From Fibrobacteria bacterium (GTDB lineage: Bacteria > Fibrobacterota > Fibrobacteria > UBA11236): a stretch of 64,000 nucleotides of DNA. This document shows, piece after piece, positions 49,299 to 58,655 of the stretch; position 1 is the stretch's first letter; every line of letters starts with the position of its first letter. Below the pieces are notes generated by a model. That model ran no database searches and was not told where the DNA came from. It saw only the letters and a list, made by a program, of their open reading frames with translations. A program made the position numbers and the translations under genes. The DNA lies in the NCBI GenBank assembly GCA_041746255.1, contig JBGTHM010000126.1, positions 22,953 to 86,952 of the forward strand, read 5' to 3'.

Positions 49299-51362
49299 TT
49301 GGGACGTCAACGTCGGCAGCATATCCGCTTATTCCGTATTCTCGGAGTTACCTGCCTGTTCTTGGGTCAGGCCGCCGCCGCTGAACCTACCAAAGGCGAC
49401 ACCTTGCAATTGCCTCCGGAAATCGCCCGTGACCGCGGCCCTACCCTACCCCATGCCTTTTCTGATTCCTGGTCTCCCTCTCCGTCCGAAGGCCTGCACC
49501 TGGGAATCGATCGAATGCTCCTTTCCCTACCCGGCGTCAGTGGAGTTCGCACCGGCGGTATCGGTTCCTACATGGCCTTCTCCCTCTGGGGTTCCGGCGC
49601 TTCGCAAGTGCATGTTTTCATCGACGGTATTCCCGTCAACAATGCCGCCGACGGCTTGGGGCGTCTCGGTGATTTGGATCCCTCGCGCGTGGATAAAATC
49701 GAGATCTACAAAGGGGGTTCTCCCTCCTTTCTTCCGGGCAACCCAATCGGGGGTGTCATCCATGTTACGACCCACTCTGGCCTGAAAGGAGCGAGCGTAC
49801 GCGCCCTCGGAGCTTTGGAGGATTTCGGAGGCCGTCAAACAGCGGCGGAGGTCGACTGGGGAAGCGAAAAAATCCGGCTTTACGCGCGCATGGGACAAAA
49901 TCAAGGGGACAACAATTACGGTTACTTAGGAGATCAACGTCTCGAGTATATCACCGACTCCAGTGGCGCACGCATTAAAACCCGCCTCGATTTGACGCAA
50001 AGAAGATTACTGCACAACGCCCATGCGCTTACCTCCGGCCAGGTGGGAATTACGGCTTATCCCGACGACCACCAGGGATTCAACCTATGGTTCGATATCT
50101 CGCAACTTGAAAAACGGTTTCCGCAGGTGGATGCGGATGAGGATTTGGCATTCGGAGCCTCGCGCGAGTCCGGAAACGCCTATGCCCGTTTATCCTGGTG
50201 GCGACAGCACGAAAAAACATCGCGAAGCGAAATCAATTTCGACATCCGCGGTCAAAGCGAAGAATATTCCGATAAGCTGGGAGTACTCGGAACCGGCGTC
50301 AACTGGGACTTGAACGGCTATGGCCTGGCTTCCCTCCGTGGACATCATACCCGCGCCCTTGTGCACGACTGGTCCGCATCGCTGCTGCTAAACCTCGAAA
50401 CCCAAGTCCACCAGTATGAAGATAAAATAGTACAAATATTACATCCACCGCTTTACCGCTATTCCGGAGAACTGAAGCCCTCTCTGTGGCGCGAGTTTCC
50501 GATTCTGGGTCTATTCAAGCTTCAAGGCGCCGCGACATTGATGCGTGAGGAATATTATCGCGGGGTCCGCTTCACGGATATCGGCGTACCCATGGATAAA
50601 ACCAACGAACGCTTGGAATGGGATGGTTTGACATCGTGGCAGAAAAAACTTTCCGGAGACATGAGCCTTGAAGCCCAGGCGGCGACGGGACATCGCCATC
50701 CCACCTTCCTGGAACGCTTTGGAGACCGGGGAGTCGTCAAAGGCAACCCCGCCCTGGAACCCGAACGCAGCCAATCCCTTGCCGCGGGGCTGCGCTATGC
50801 TCCTTCCGAATATCCGTTCAGTCTCACCGCCCGCCTTTTCCACCGCCATACCCGCGATGCCATTACCGCCAACCACAATTCACAACGAATCGTGGTATTC
50901 GAAAATACCGACCGCACCCTGGCAACCGGCGAAGAATTGGGCCTATCCTTCCATCGCTTAGACAGTTACAACGCGAACCTGGCGTTCACCCATCAAAGCC
51001 ACTACGCCGTTTCCTCCCGCGCCGGCGACGCCTACCGCTCCTATACCCAACTCCCCTTTATCCCTGTTTGGAGCCTGGCGTTTTCCCATGGATACCGTTA
51101 TAAGATTATGGAGCTGAAACACCTTGGGCATTTTCGGGGCCTTACCTTTTCCAATCCCTCGGGCTCACCCAGCTTCTACGACCCTTATGCCGATAACCGT
51201 GAAATCCAGGCGCGTCACGACATCCTGTTGATCCTTCGAATCGGCAAAACCGTGGAAGCCTCATTCGCTCTGGAAAATTTGGGTAATTCACCCTTATTCG
51301 ATTTTTACGGCAGTCCGCTGCCTCCCAGAACCTTCGGGGCCGCCTTGACGGCCCGGTATTGA
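49299..51362 (+). CDS. btuB: TonB-dependent receptor, probable cobalamin transporter
   Basis: Plug LPGV..IDGIPVN..IEIYKG..GGVI; GNPALEPERS; ENLGN; C-terminal Y; under a B12 riboswitch. Confidence 0.85.
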   Translation: MGRQRRQHIRLFRILGVTCLFLGQAAAAEPTKGDTLQLPPEIARDRGPTLPHAFSDSWSPSPSEGLHLGIDRMLLSLPGVSGVRTGGIGSYMAFSLWGSGASQVHVFIDGIPVNNAADGLGRLGDLDPSRVDKIEIYKGGSPSFLPGNPIGGVIHVTTHSGLKGASVRALGALEDFGGRQTAAEVDWGSEKIRLYARMGQNQGDNNYGYLGDQRLEYITDSSGARIKTRLDLTQRRLLHNAHALTSGQVGITAYPDDHQGFNLWFDISQLEKRFPQVDADEDLAFGASRESGNAYARLSWWRQHEKTSRSEINFDIRGQSEEYSDKLGVLGTGVNWDLNGYGLASLRGHHTRALVHDWSASLLLNLETQVHQYEDKIVQILHPPLYRYSGELKPSLWREFPILGLFKLQGAATLMREEYYRGVRFTDIGVPMDKTNERLEWDGLTSWQKKLSGDMSLEAQAATGHRHPTFLERFGDRGVVKGNPALEPERSQSLAAGLRYAPSEYPFSLTARLFHRHTRDAITANHNSQRIVVFENTDRTLATGEELGLSFHRLDSYNANLAFTHQSHYAVSSRAGDAYRSYTQLPFIPVWSLAFSHGYRYKIMELKHLGHFRGLTFSNPSGSPSFYDPYADNREIQARHDILLILRIGKTVEASFALENLGNSPLFDFYGSPLPPRTFGAALTARY

Positions 51363-51389
51363 ACAATTCACATCCCCAAGGAGAAACTC

Positions 51390-53267
51390 ATGTTCGGATT
51401 TTTTCACTTTCCCCGACTTACAAGTCTAAAAGCTTTTTCCGTGCCGGCTATGGCCACAGCCCTATTCTTTTCCGCCTGTATTTTCGATACGGAAAAGGTC
51501 GGAAAAACCGATCTTGAACCCCGTATTACGGTGGATACCCTATTGCTCCATGCGGAAAACATCCTGTTGGATAGCGGTGAAACCGCCTCCGTTAAACCCA
51601 ACGCCAAAGGCGACTCCCTCCAGGGTCATTACCTGCGCACCCTGCGGCATATCGCCAGTAGGCAGTATGCCATCGTCACCACCCAATCGCAAGGTGGGAT
51701 CGTAGCGGTCGATTCCGCATTTTTCAGCACTTTGGATACCCTGGAAAAATACGATACCCTACATACCATCCGTATCCCGGCTACCGGCGTCTCGGATACC
51801 GTCGCCTCATTGACGGTATTGACCGATACCACCGTCTTTATGTCGCCTGATTCCGGATTAGCCTTCCAAAGAATGCACCGGAAAAAATCCACCATTACCA
51901 AATCCTATACGGGCGCCATGAAAATTGGCGATAAAGAAAAGACCATTCGCCATTTAATGGACACCACAACCGTCTCCGATAGCGCCAGCGCCGATAGCCT
52001 CCGTTTTTTCGCTCTGGATAGCGTCTTGACCAATAGAACCGACTCCCTGGTAGCGGAAACCGTATTAAGGGAAACCCGCTTTCGCAAGGGGCAGGAGCAT
52101 ACGGTGGTCAGGGATATGAAAAAGGTGGTGACCCTGCGTAAAGTCACCGTATACGTTTTCAAATACATCAGCGCAAAATGGGTGCAGAATTCCGAAAACC
52201 AATGGGTGCAAGTCGCTGACACCCTTTTGGGACGATTCGCATCGCCGGAAAGCCAGTTAGAAAATACCCTTTTGTATCAAGATACCCTGGCCTTGAGTCC
52301 GGAAATGGTGGTCGCAACCCTATCCGATTACAGAACGGGAAGCTATAGCGCCATATCTTTGGATGGAAGGGTGATTCAGAATAAGATAGCGCCCATTCAC
52401 GCCGATGCTTTCGTGCGATATTTCGGAGGGGATAATTTCTATATCGTCAACAGCTATGGAAGAGACAATGTGCAAATCGTCGACAAGTCCACCTTGAAGA
52501 CCGTGGGGCAATTCGCTCTGCCCTCCTTGAGCAATCCCCACGATTTACTGAAACACAAAAACAAACTCTACGCCATTCTCTTCGGACTCAATAGCATCCG
52601 CATACACGATGCCCTTAGCGGAGCTTATCTCGACCAAATCGATATTTCGGCATACGCCGATACTTCCGATGGAATTGCCGAGGCCACTACGGGATTAATC
52701 GAGAAAAACATGTTGTACGTCGCCTTGGCTAGAATAGACCAAAATGCGGGCTGGATCCCCCTTCCCACCGTACTTTTACGCGTCAATTTGGAAAACAATT
52801 CCATCGACACCCTTTCTCTTCCTTTCACCAATCCCAATAGACTGATTTTGGACGGGAATGGCGATTTGATAGTTTCCGCCAACGGCAATTTCGGGGTTGA
52901 GGACGGGGGACTTATTCGCGTCGATTTGAATACCTTCGCTGTTAAGGATACCTTGATTACCGAAGCGGATTTAGGGGGGGATTTGACCGGAGCCTTATTG
53001 GCTGATGGGAAATGGATACTGCGTATTTCCAGCTTTACCGCCGATAAGGTTTTCCAATACGATGCCTCCAATAAAAATTTGCAGGAAATCGTCTCCACTT
53101 CGGCTTACGGATTTTCGGGAATGACCTATGATGCCGAAGGAAAAACCCTTTTCCTGAGTGATGTCGCCCGGGGTTTGCGCCTCTTTTCCATTCCCGGTTT
53201 GGCAGAAAAGCAATCCAGCGGCATTTCCATGGGATTGCCGGTGAGAAGTATGGCCGTCATTCGCTGA
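51390..53267 (+). CDS. Lipoprotein with a beta-rich N-terminal region and a YncE/BtuG-like C-terminal beta-propeller
   Basis: Lipobox FSAC; propeller blades YIVN..DNVQIVD, SNPHD, KLYA; btu operon position. Confidence 0.7.
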   Translation: MFGFFHFPRLTSLKAFSVPAMATALFFSACIFDTEKVGKTDLEPRITVDTLLLHAENILLDSGETASVKPNAKGDSLQGHYLRTLRHIASRQYAIVTTQSQGGIVAVDSAFFSTLDTLEKYDTLHTIRIPATGVSDTVASLTVLTDTTVFMSPDSGLAFQRMHRKKSTITKSYTGAMKIGDKEKTIRHLMDTTTVSDSASADSLRFFALDSVLTNRTDSLVAETVLRETRFRKGQEHTVVRDMKKVVTLRKVTVYVFKYISAKWVQNSENQWVQVADTLLGRFASPESQLENTLLYQDTLALSPEMVVATLSDYRTGSYSAISLDGRVIQNKIAPIHADAFVRYFGGDNFYIVNSYGRDNVQIVDKSTLKTVGQFALPSLSNPHDLLKHKNKLYAILFGLNSIRIHDALSGAYLDQIDISAYADTSDGIAEATTGLIEKNMLYVALARIDQNAGWIPLPTVLLRVNLENNSIDTLSLPFTNPNRLILDGNGDLIVSANGNFGVEDGGLIRVDLNTFAVKDTLITEADLGGDLTGALLADGKWILRISSFTADKVFQYDASNKNLQEIVSTSAYGFSGMTYDAEGKTLFLSDVARGLRLFSIPGLAEKQSSGISMGLPVRSMAVIR

Positions 53268-53290
53268 TTTTTTTTTACAGGAGAAACGTT

Positions 53291-53938
53291 ATGTCGATTC
53301 GTATCAGTAAAGTCTATACTCGCGGAGGGGATAAAGGTCAGACCTCCCTGGTCGGTGGCGCTCGCATATCCAAGGGAGCCCTCAAACTGGAATCCTACGG
53401 CTCACTGGACGAACTTCTATGCCATGTCGGTGTGGCTCGTACTTTGTTGAAGGGAGAGGATAGTGGTATTTCCGGTTCCGAACGCATGGAAATGGAAGTC
53501 CTGTTACGCCGCCTGCAAAACGAACTTTTCGACGTAGGCAGTTTATTGGCGACACCTCCGGGACAAACCTATGCTGGAATGCCGGTTATCCGCGACGAGC
53601 AGATAACCTTCCTGGAAAAGTCCATGGACACCTTGCAAGAAACTTTACCGGAGCTGAGTAGTTTCGTACTCCCCGGAGGAACGCCCTTGAACGCCGCCCT
53701 GCACCAATGCCGCGCAGTCACCCGTAGAGTGGAGCGCATAATGACACGCTTGGCCGACGAAGAGGAATTGTTCCCCAATACGCTGAAATACATCAACCGG
53801 CTCAGCGATTTTTTCTTCGTGCTGGCAAGGCATGTGGCCCGCTTGTCCGATACCCCCGAATACTTGTGGGATACCGGATTGGGTAAAGCGCGCTCGACTG
53901 GGAAAGCCGCCGAAGAAGAATCCGGCGACGACGCATGA
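53291..53938 (+). CDS. pduO: PduO-type cob(I)alamin adenosyltransferase
   Basis: KVYTRGGDKGQT, YGSLDE, FVLPGG, RRVER, YINRLSD. Confidence 0.93.
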   Translation: MSIRISKVYTRGGDKGQTSLVGGARISKGALKLESYGSLDELLCHVGVARTLLKGEDSGISGSERMEMEVLLRRLQNELFDVGSLLATPPGQTYAGMPVIRDEQITFLEKSMDTLQETLPELSSFVLPGGTPLNAALHQCRAVTRRVERIMTRLADEEELFPNTLKYINRLSDFFFVLARHVARLSDTPEYLWDTGLGKARSTGKAAEEESGDDA

Positions 53939-54912
53939 AAAAATCGGGCCGGGTATCCTATCCTTATCGCAAGATGAATTGGGTGGCGATTGGAATGCTC
54001 CTGGCATTCGCACTATGCGGTTGTCGTCAAGGCGAAGAACTACCCCGAACGCAGCCTGATAAGCCGCGCTTGATTTCCATGGCTCCCAGCCTCACCGAAA
54101 TCGTTTTCGCCTTGGGCCTGGGAGAAAACCTGGTGGGTTCGACACGCTATTGCGATTACCCGGCGGAGGCGCTGCAAATTTCCAGAGTGGGCGGTCTCTA
54201 TGATCCCAATATGGAGGCCATTGTCGGATTGCGACCCGATGCCGTATTGTTATTGGATAACAATGAAAGCCTGAAGAAAAGCCTGGATGCCTTGGGTATC
54301 GGCTATGTTGCAACTTCCAACAATACCCTGGAGGATGTCCTCGCTGCCTTCACAATCCTGGGAGAACGGTTTAACGTCGTATCCGCCGCCGATTCCCTTC
54401 TACTGGATTTCCGCACACGTATGCACGCCATTGAGGCCGCCTCCTTGGAGGCCTCCGCGCTTTTTTCCGGAAAGGAAATGCGACGCCCACGCGTCCTTAT
54501 CTCCATAGGCAGAACCATGGGGACAGGCGCAATTACGGATGCTTACATCGCGGGCCCCTCCACCTTTTATTCGGATTTATTGCAGAGAGTAGGAGGAGAA
54601 AACGCCTATCAAGGAAAGTTGGCTTATCCTAAAATCACGGCCGAAGGCCTGCTCCGGTTGAATCCCGACTTCATATTCGATATGCTGCCCAACTTGGAGA
54701 AAAAAGGACTTACCCTTACTCAGGTAAAAAACCAATGGGCCGGGTTGAGCGACATCAACGCCGTTCGGAATCATCGCGTCGTAATTTTTCCACAAAGCTT
54801 TACCGTGATTCCGGGGCCCCGGCTTATGCTACTGCTCGAAGCCATGGCGGCGTCCCTGTATCCGAATATGAGTCATACCCCTCCCCTTGTCGGAAACCGA
54901 AGTGATGGCTGA
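53935..54912 (+). CDS. btuF: Cobalamin ABC transporter substrate-binding lipoprotein
   Basis: Lipobox LCGC; APSLTEIVFALG, YCDYP, PGPR. Confidence 0.85.
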   Translation: MKKSGRVSYPYRKMNWVAIGMLLAFALCGCRQGEELPRTQPDKPRLISMAPSLTEIVFALGLGENLVGSTRYCDYPAEALQISRVGGLYDPNMEAIVGLRPDAVLLLDNNESLKKSLDALGIGYVATSNNTLEDVLAAFTILGERFNVVSAADSLLLDFRTRMHAIEAASLEASALFSGKEMRRPRVLISIGRTMGTGAITDAYIAGPSTFYSDLLQRVGGENAYQGKLAYPKITAEGLLRLNPDFIFDMLPNLEKKGLTLTQVKNQWAGLSDINAVRNHRVVIFPQSFTVIPGPRLMLLLEAMAASLYPNMSHTPPLVGNRSDG

Positions 54913-55732
54913 TACCGTTCTATCCATTCAGGATTTAAGCGTCCGTATCGGCGACGCTGTATTGTTGCAAAACATCAGCTTCAGCATTCGCACCGGAGAA
55001 AGGGTATCGCTTATCGGACCTAACGGCGCCGGAAAAACGACGCTGTTAAAATGCCTCACTCGAATCCATACACAGTATACCGGCGCAATCACCTTACAGG
55101 GAATTCCGTTGCCTACTCTCAAGCAAAAGGAATTGGCGCGCCTGATGTCCTGGGTGCCGCAAGGAGAAGGCGATGCCCCGCCATTCCGGGTGGAAGAATT
55201 CGTCACTTTGGGCCGCTATTGCCGTTTGAAGCCCTTCGTAGCCCCCAGCCCCGAAGACCGTGCCAAGGTGGAATCGGCTTTGACGCTCTGCGGGTTGGAG
55301 GAATTCCGTTCCCGCACCTTGGCGACGTTAAGCGGCGGCGAAAGACAGAAAGTGCATATCGCCGCAGCCTTAGCCCAGGATGCGCCCTTGATGTTATTGG
55401 ATGAGCCCACCACCTTTCTCGATCCCAGGCAATCGATGGAAATCGAGGATTTACTTTTCGAGCTCCACCAGCGCGCCAAACGCACCTTGCTGGTGGTAAC
55501 CCATGACATCAATCGTGCCTTGCTGGAAAGCGATCGCGTACTCGGCCTCAAACAAGGCAAGCTCCTGTTTGACTTACCACCGGAAAAGCTGATTGAAGGT
55601 ACGCTATTGGACGAACTCTTCGATCGGCAAAAACGTCCTTTCATCAAGGCTGTGCACCCCGGCCTCAATCGGCTTTTCATCGTACCCGACACTGTCCTCG
55701 GGAATCTCCCTTCCGGCGAAGTAGGCCTATGA
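54905..55732 (+). CDS. btuD: Cobalamin/siderophore ABC transporter ATPase
   Basis: GPNGAGKT, LSGGE, LLDEPT, VTHD. Confidence 0.85.
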   Translation: MADTVLSIQDLSVRIGDAVLLQNISFSIRTGERVSLIGPNGAGKTTLLKCLTRIHTQYTGAITLQGIPLPTLKQKELARLMSWVPQGEGDAPPFRVEEFVTLGRYCRLKPFVAPSPEDRAKVESALTLCGLEEFRSRTLATLSGGERQKVHIAAALAQDAPLMLLDEPTTFLDPRQSMEIEDLLFELHQRAKRTLLVVTHDINRALLESDRVLGLKQGKLLFDLPPEKLIEGTLLDELFDRQKRPFIKAVHPGLNRLFIVPDTVLGNLPSGEVGL

Positions 55733-56778
55733 ATCGCAAACAAAAAGTAATCGGCGTCTTGTCGCTGCTGACCGTTGCGACGCTCTTGACCGCACCCTTT
55801 CTGGGCATGGAAAACATCGCCTTCGAAGCCCTGCTCCACCCACCGTGGGACAATGCCCGTTACCTTGCACTCCAAGCCGAAGATGGTCGCTTTGCCCTGG
55901 AAACGCAAATATTATGGACCTTGCGAATTCCCCGTGTACTCGTGGCTTTTCTAGCAGGCTCGCTACTGGGATTGGGCGGCATGGCTTTCCAGGCCCTGTT
56001 CCGTAACCCCCTGGCCACACCTTATACCCTCGGAGTCGCCAGCGGGGCTTCCCTGGGTGCGGCCGCCTATGTCAGCTTCGGTGTCGTGATCGGTTTCATG
56101 GGTATCGACGGACTACCTCTGGCGGCCTTTGCCGGAGCCTTATTGGCCATGTCCTTCGTATACGGTATCACCCATGTTACTGCAGAACGGCGGCTGCCGG
56201 GAGCCACTTTGCTGTTGGCCGGCGTAGCCATGAGTTTCTTTTTCTCCAGTCTTATCCTGTTAATCCAATACCTGAGCGACTTCACGAACTCCTTCCGAAT
56301 TCTACGCTGGTTGATGGGCGGCCTCGAAGTGGTGGGATTCACGCAAGTGTGGCAATTGCTGCCTTTCGCATTGGTGGGTAGCGCCTTGATTTTCAGTTTG
56401 AACCGCGAATTCGATTTACTGCTCACCGGCGAATCCGTGGCCATGGGTCGTGGCGTGCGAGTGGACAAGGTAAAGAAAAAGGTTTTTCTCGCCACCAGCT
56501 TGATGATCGGAGGCGTAGTCGCCTTTTGCGGCCCCATCGGATTCGTCGGCATGATGGCGCCTCACATGTGCCGGCTGCTCTTAGGCCCCGGACATAGTTA
56601 TTTGGCTCCGGCCACTTTTTTACTGGGCGGGATCTTTCTGACTTGGTGCGATACGCTAGCCCGCACTCTGATATCGCCCGCCGAAATGCCGGTAGGTGTT
56701 ATCACGGCCCTGCTGGGAGGGCCCTTTTTCCTGTGGTTATTGTTGGGGCGAACCCGGGGCGGCTTGCATGTCCAGTAA
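55729..56778 (+). CDS. btuC: FecCD/BtuC-family ABC permease
   Basis: LRIPR, FRNPLA.PY.LGV..GA, GPIGFVG, PVGVIT..GGPFF. Confidence 0.88.
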   Translation: MNRKQKVIGVLSLLTVATLLTAPFLGMENIAFEALLHPPWDNARYLALQAEDGRFALETQILWTLRIPRVLVAFLAGSLLGLGGMAFQALFRNPLATPYTLGVASGASLGAAAYVSFGVVIGFMGIDGLPLAAFAGALLAMSFVYGITHVTAERRLPGATLLLAGVAMSFFFSSLILLIQYLSDFTNSFRILRWLMGGLEVVGFTQVWQLLPFALVGSALIFSLNREFDLLLTGESVAMGRGVRVDKVKKKVFLATSLMIGGVVAFCGPIGFVGMMAPHMCRLLLGPGHSYLAPATFLLGGIFLTWCDTLARTLISPAEMPVGVITALLGGPFFLWLLLGRTRGGLHVQ

Positions 56779-56790
56779 ATCTGGTATAAA

Positions 56791-58602
56791 TCACCCCTGA
56801 TTTTCGCGGCTTTCCACCTCTGCCGTAGCGGTCTCCAATTTTTGATAGAGATTGACGGTAGTCTCGCCCAGGCGGGCGAGCTTGACGGAAATTTCTTTGA
56901 TGGCGGGCGCATCCCCTACCTGACAAGCCTCGGCCAGACTGCTCTTCAAGGTTTCGGTTTCCATTTCGGCCTTCTCGATGGCCTCTTCGTATTCCTTTAC
57001 CTGAGCCTTTAATGGCGCCAGCGATTGCAGCCTTTCGGCGCGCAACCGGCGCATCTCTTTTTTGGTGATGGCCCCGCCCCCATTGTCGGCGGAATCGAAA
57101 TTGGAATCACCCTTTTCGGATTCCCAACCCACATCCCGTAGAAATTGCGGATAGGTTCCTTCGAAAAGGGAATGACGGCCGCCTTGAAAAACCACCAGCC
57201 TATCGGGTACTCTTTCCAATAAGCCTTCATGATGGGTAATGATGACCACGGCCCCTTCGAATTTTTCCAAAGCCTCCATCAAGGCTTCGCAAGACTCCGC
57301 GTCCAAATGGTTGGTGGGCTCGTCAAGCAACAGCAAATGACAGGGACCAATCAGTAAACGTCCCAGGCAGACGCGGCTTTTTTCGCCACCCGAAAGCACC
57401 GAGGTTTTTTTCAAAGCCTGGTCGCCGGTAAACATCATGGAACCGGCGATATCCCGCGCCCGACGCATATCCCTTTCCGGATCGGCCTCGGCGATTTCTT
57501 CAGCCACTGTCCGGTCCGGATTCAGATGGTGCGAATGGGTTTGTTCATAATAGCCGAGTTTCAATTGCGGGTGCGATTTATATTGCCCGCTACGGGGTTT
57601 GAGCTCTCCCGCCAACAGCTTCATCATGGTGGACTTACCACGCCCGTTGGGACCGATAATCGCGATGCGATCGCGTTTTCCGATTTCCAGATTGACTCCC
57701 GTCAGCAAAGGAGGCTGGTCCGCTTCGTATCCGAAACTCAAATTCTCCACGGTCAACATCACCTTCGCTTCGAAAGGTGCGCCGCGAAAAGAAAAACCCA
57801 GGTTGGCGACATTATCGAGTTTTTCCAGGCGGGTGCGTTTTTCCAGCATTTTAATGCGTGATTGCACAATCGTGGCCTTGCTGGCCTTGGAACGGAAAGT
57901 GTTGATGAATTTCTCTTCTTGTTTCCGCTTTTTTTCGTCGTTAAGGCGGGCATTTTCATGCACCTCTTCTTCGACGCGGATTTGCTCCAGTAATTTACCG
58001 GTGGAGCCGGGAACTTTGCGCATTTGTTTGCGGTGAATGAACAAGGTATGCGTGGAAATGCTGTCCATGAAATGCCGATCGTGGGTGATGAGCATCAATT
58101 CGCCCGGCCATTTCCTCAAGAAACCCGCCAGCCAGCGTACGGATAGAATATCGAGATAGTTGGTGGGTTCATCCAGTAACAGCAAATCCGGTTCCGAAAC
58201 CAGCACCTTGGCCAGGTTGATGCGGATTTGATACCCGCCGGAAAAAGTCGTGGGATCCCTTTCCGATTCTCCCGGATTGAACCCCAATCCCGCCAGGATT
58301 TTCTCCACCTTCCAGGTTTCATTCTCATAACCGGGTTGCAATCCTTTGGAAGCTTCCGCCAAAACCGTCTTTTCGGTCATGCGGATGTGTTGCTCCAGAT
58401 GCCCCACCCGATAATTGTTGGGACGGGTGATTTGGCCGCCATCGGGCAGGTCTTCCCCTAAAATCAAGCGGAATAACGTGGATTTCCCATGGCCATTGCG
58501 TCCAATGAGGCCAAGGCGGTCGCCCCGGTCCATTTGGAAACCGGCATTTTCAAACAGAACTTGCGTCCCGAAGGATTTGGAGAGGTTGGTCACTTTTAGC
58601 AT
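56791..58602 (-). CDS. ABC-F family ATP-binding protein
   Basis: Two ABC domains (GRNGHGKS, GPNGRGKS, LDEPTN twice), no TM, C-terminal coiled coil. Confidence 0.92.
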   Translation of the reverse strand: MLKVTNLSKSFGTQVLFENAGFQMDRGDRLGLIGRNGHGKSTLFRLILGEDLPDGGQITRPNNYRVGHLEQHIRMTEKTVLAEASKGLQPGYENETWKVEKILAGLGFNPGESERDPTTFSGGYQIRINLAKVLVSEPDLLLLDEPTNYLDILSVRWLAGFLRKWPGELMLITHDRHFMDSISTHTLFIHRKQMRKVPGSTGKLLEQIRVEEEVHENARLNDEKKRKQEEKFINTFRSKASKATIVQSRIKMLEKRTRLEKLDNVANLGFSFRGAPFEAKVMLTVENLSFGYEADQPPLLTGVNLEIGKRDRIAIIGPNGRGKSTMMKLLAGELKPRSGQYKSHPQLKLGYYEQTHSHHLNPDRTVAEEIAEADPERDMRRARDIAGSMMFTGDQALKKTSVLSGGEKSRVCLGRLLIGPCHLLLLDEPTNHLDAESCEALMEALEKFEGAVVIITHHEGLLERVPDRLVVFQGGRHSLFEGTYPQFLRDVGWESEKGDSNFDSADNGGGAITKKEMRRLRAERLQSLAPLKAQVKEYEEAIEKAEMETETLKSSLAEACQVGDAPAIKEISVKLARLGETTVNLYQKLETATAEVESRENQG

Positions 58603-58655
58603 GATGATTTGCCCATGCGGAAACAACGGTTTCCGTCGCGGGAGGCCACAATCTA

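Noticed and set aside
49111..49785. 224-aa ORF in an alternative frame
   Set aside because: Overlaps the riboswitch and btuB and has no recognisable protein features
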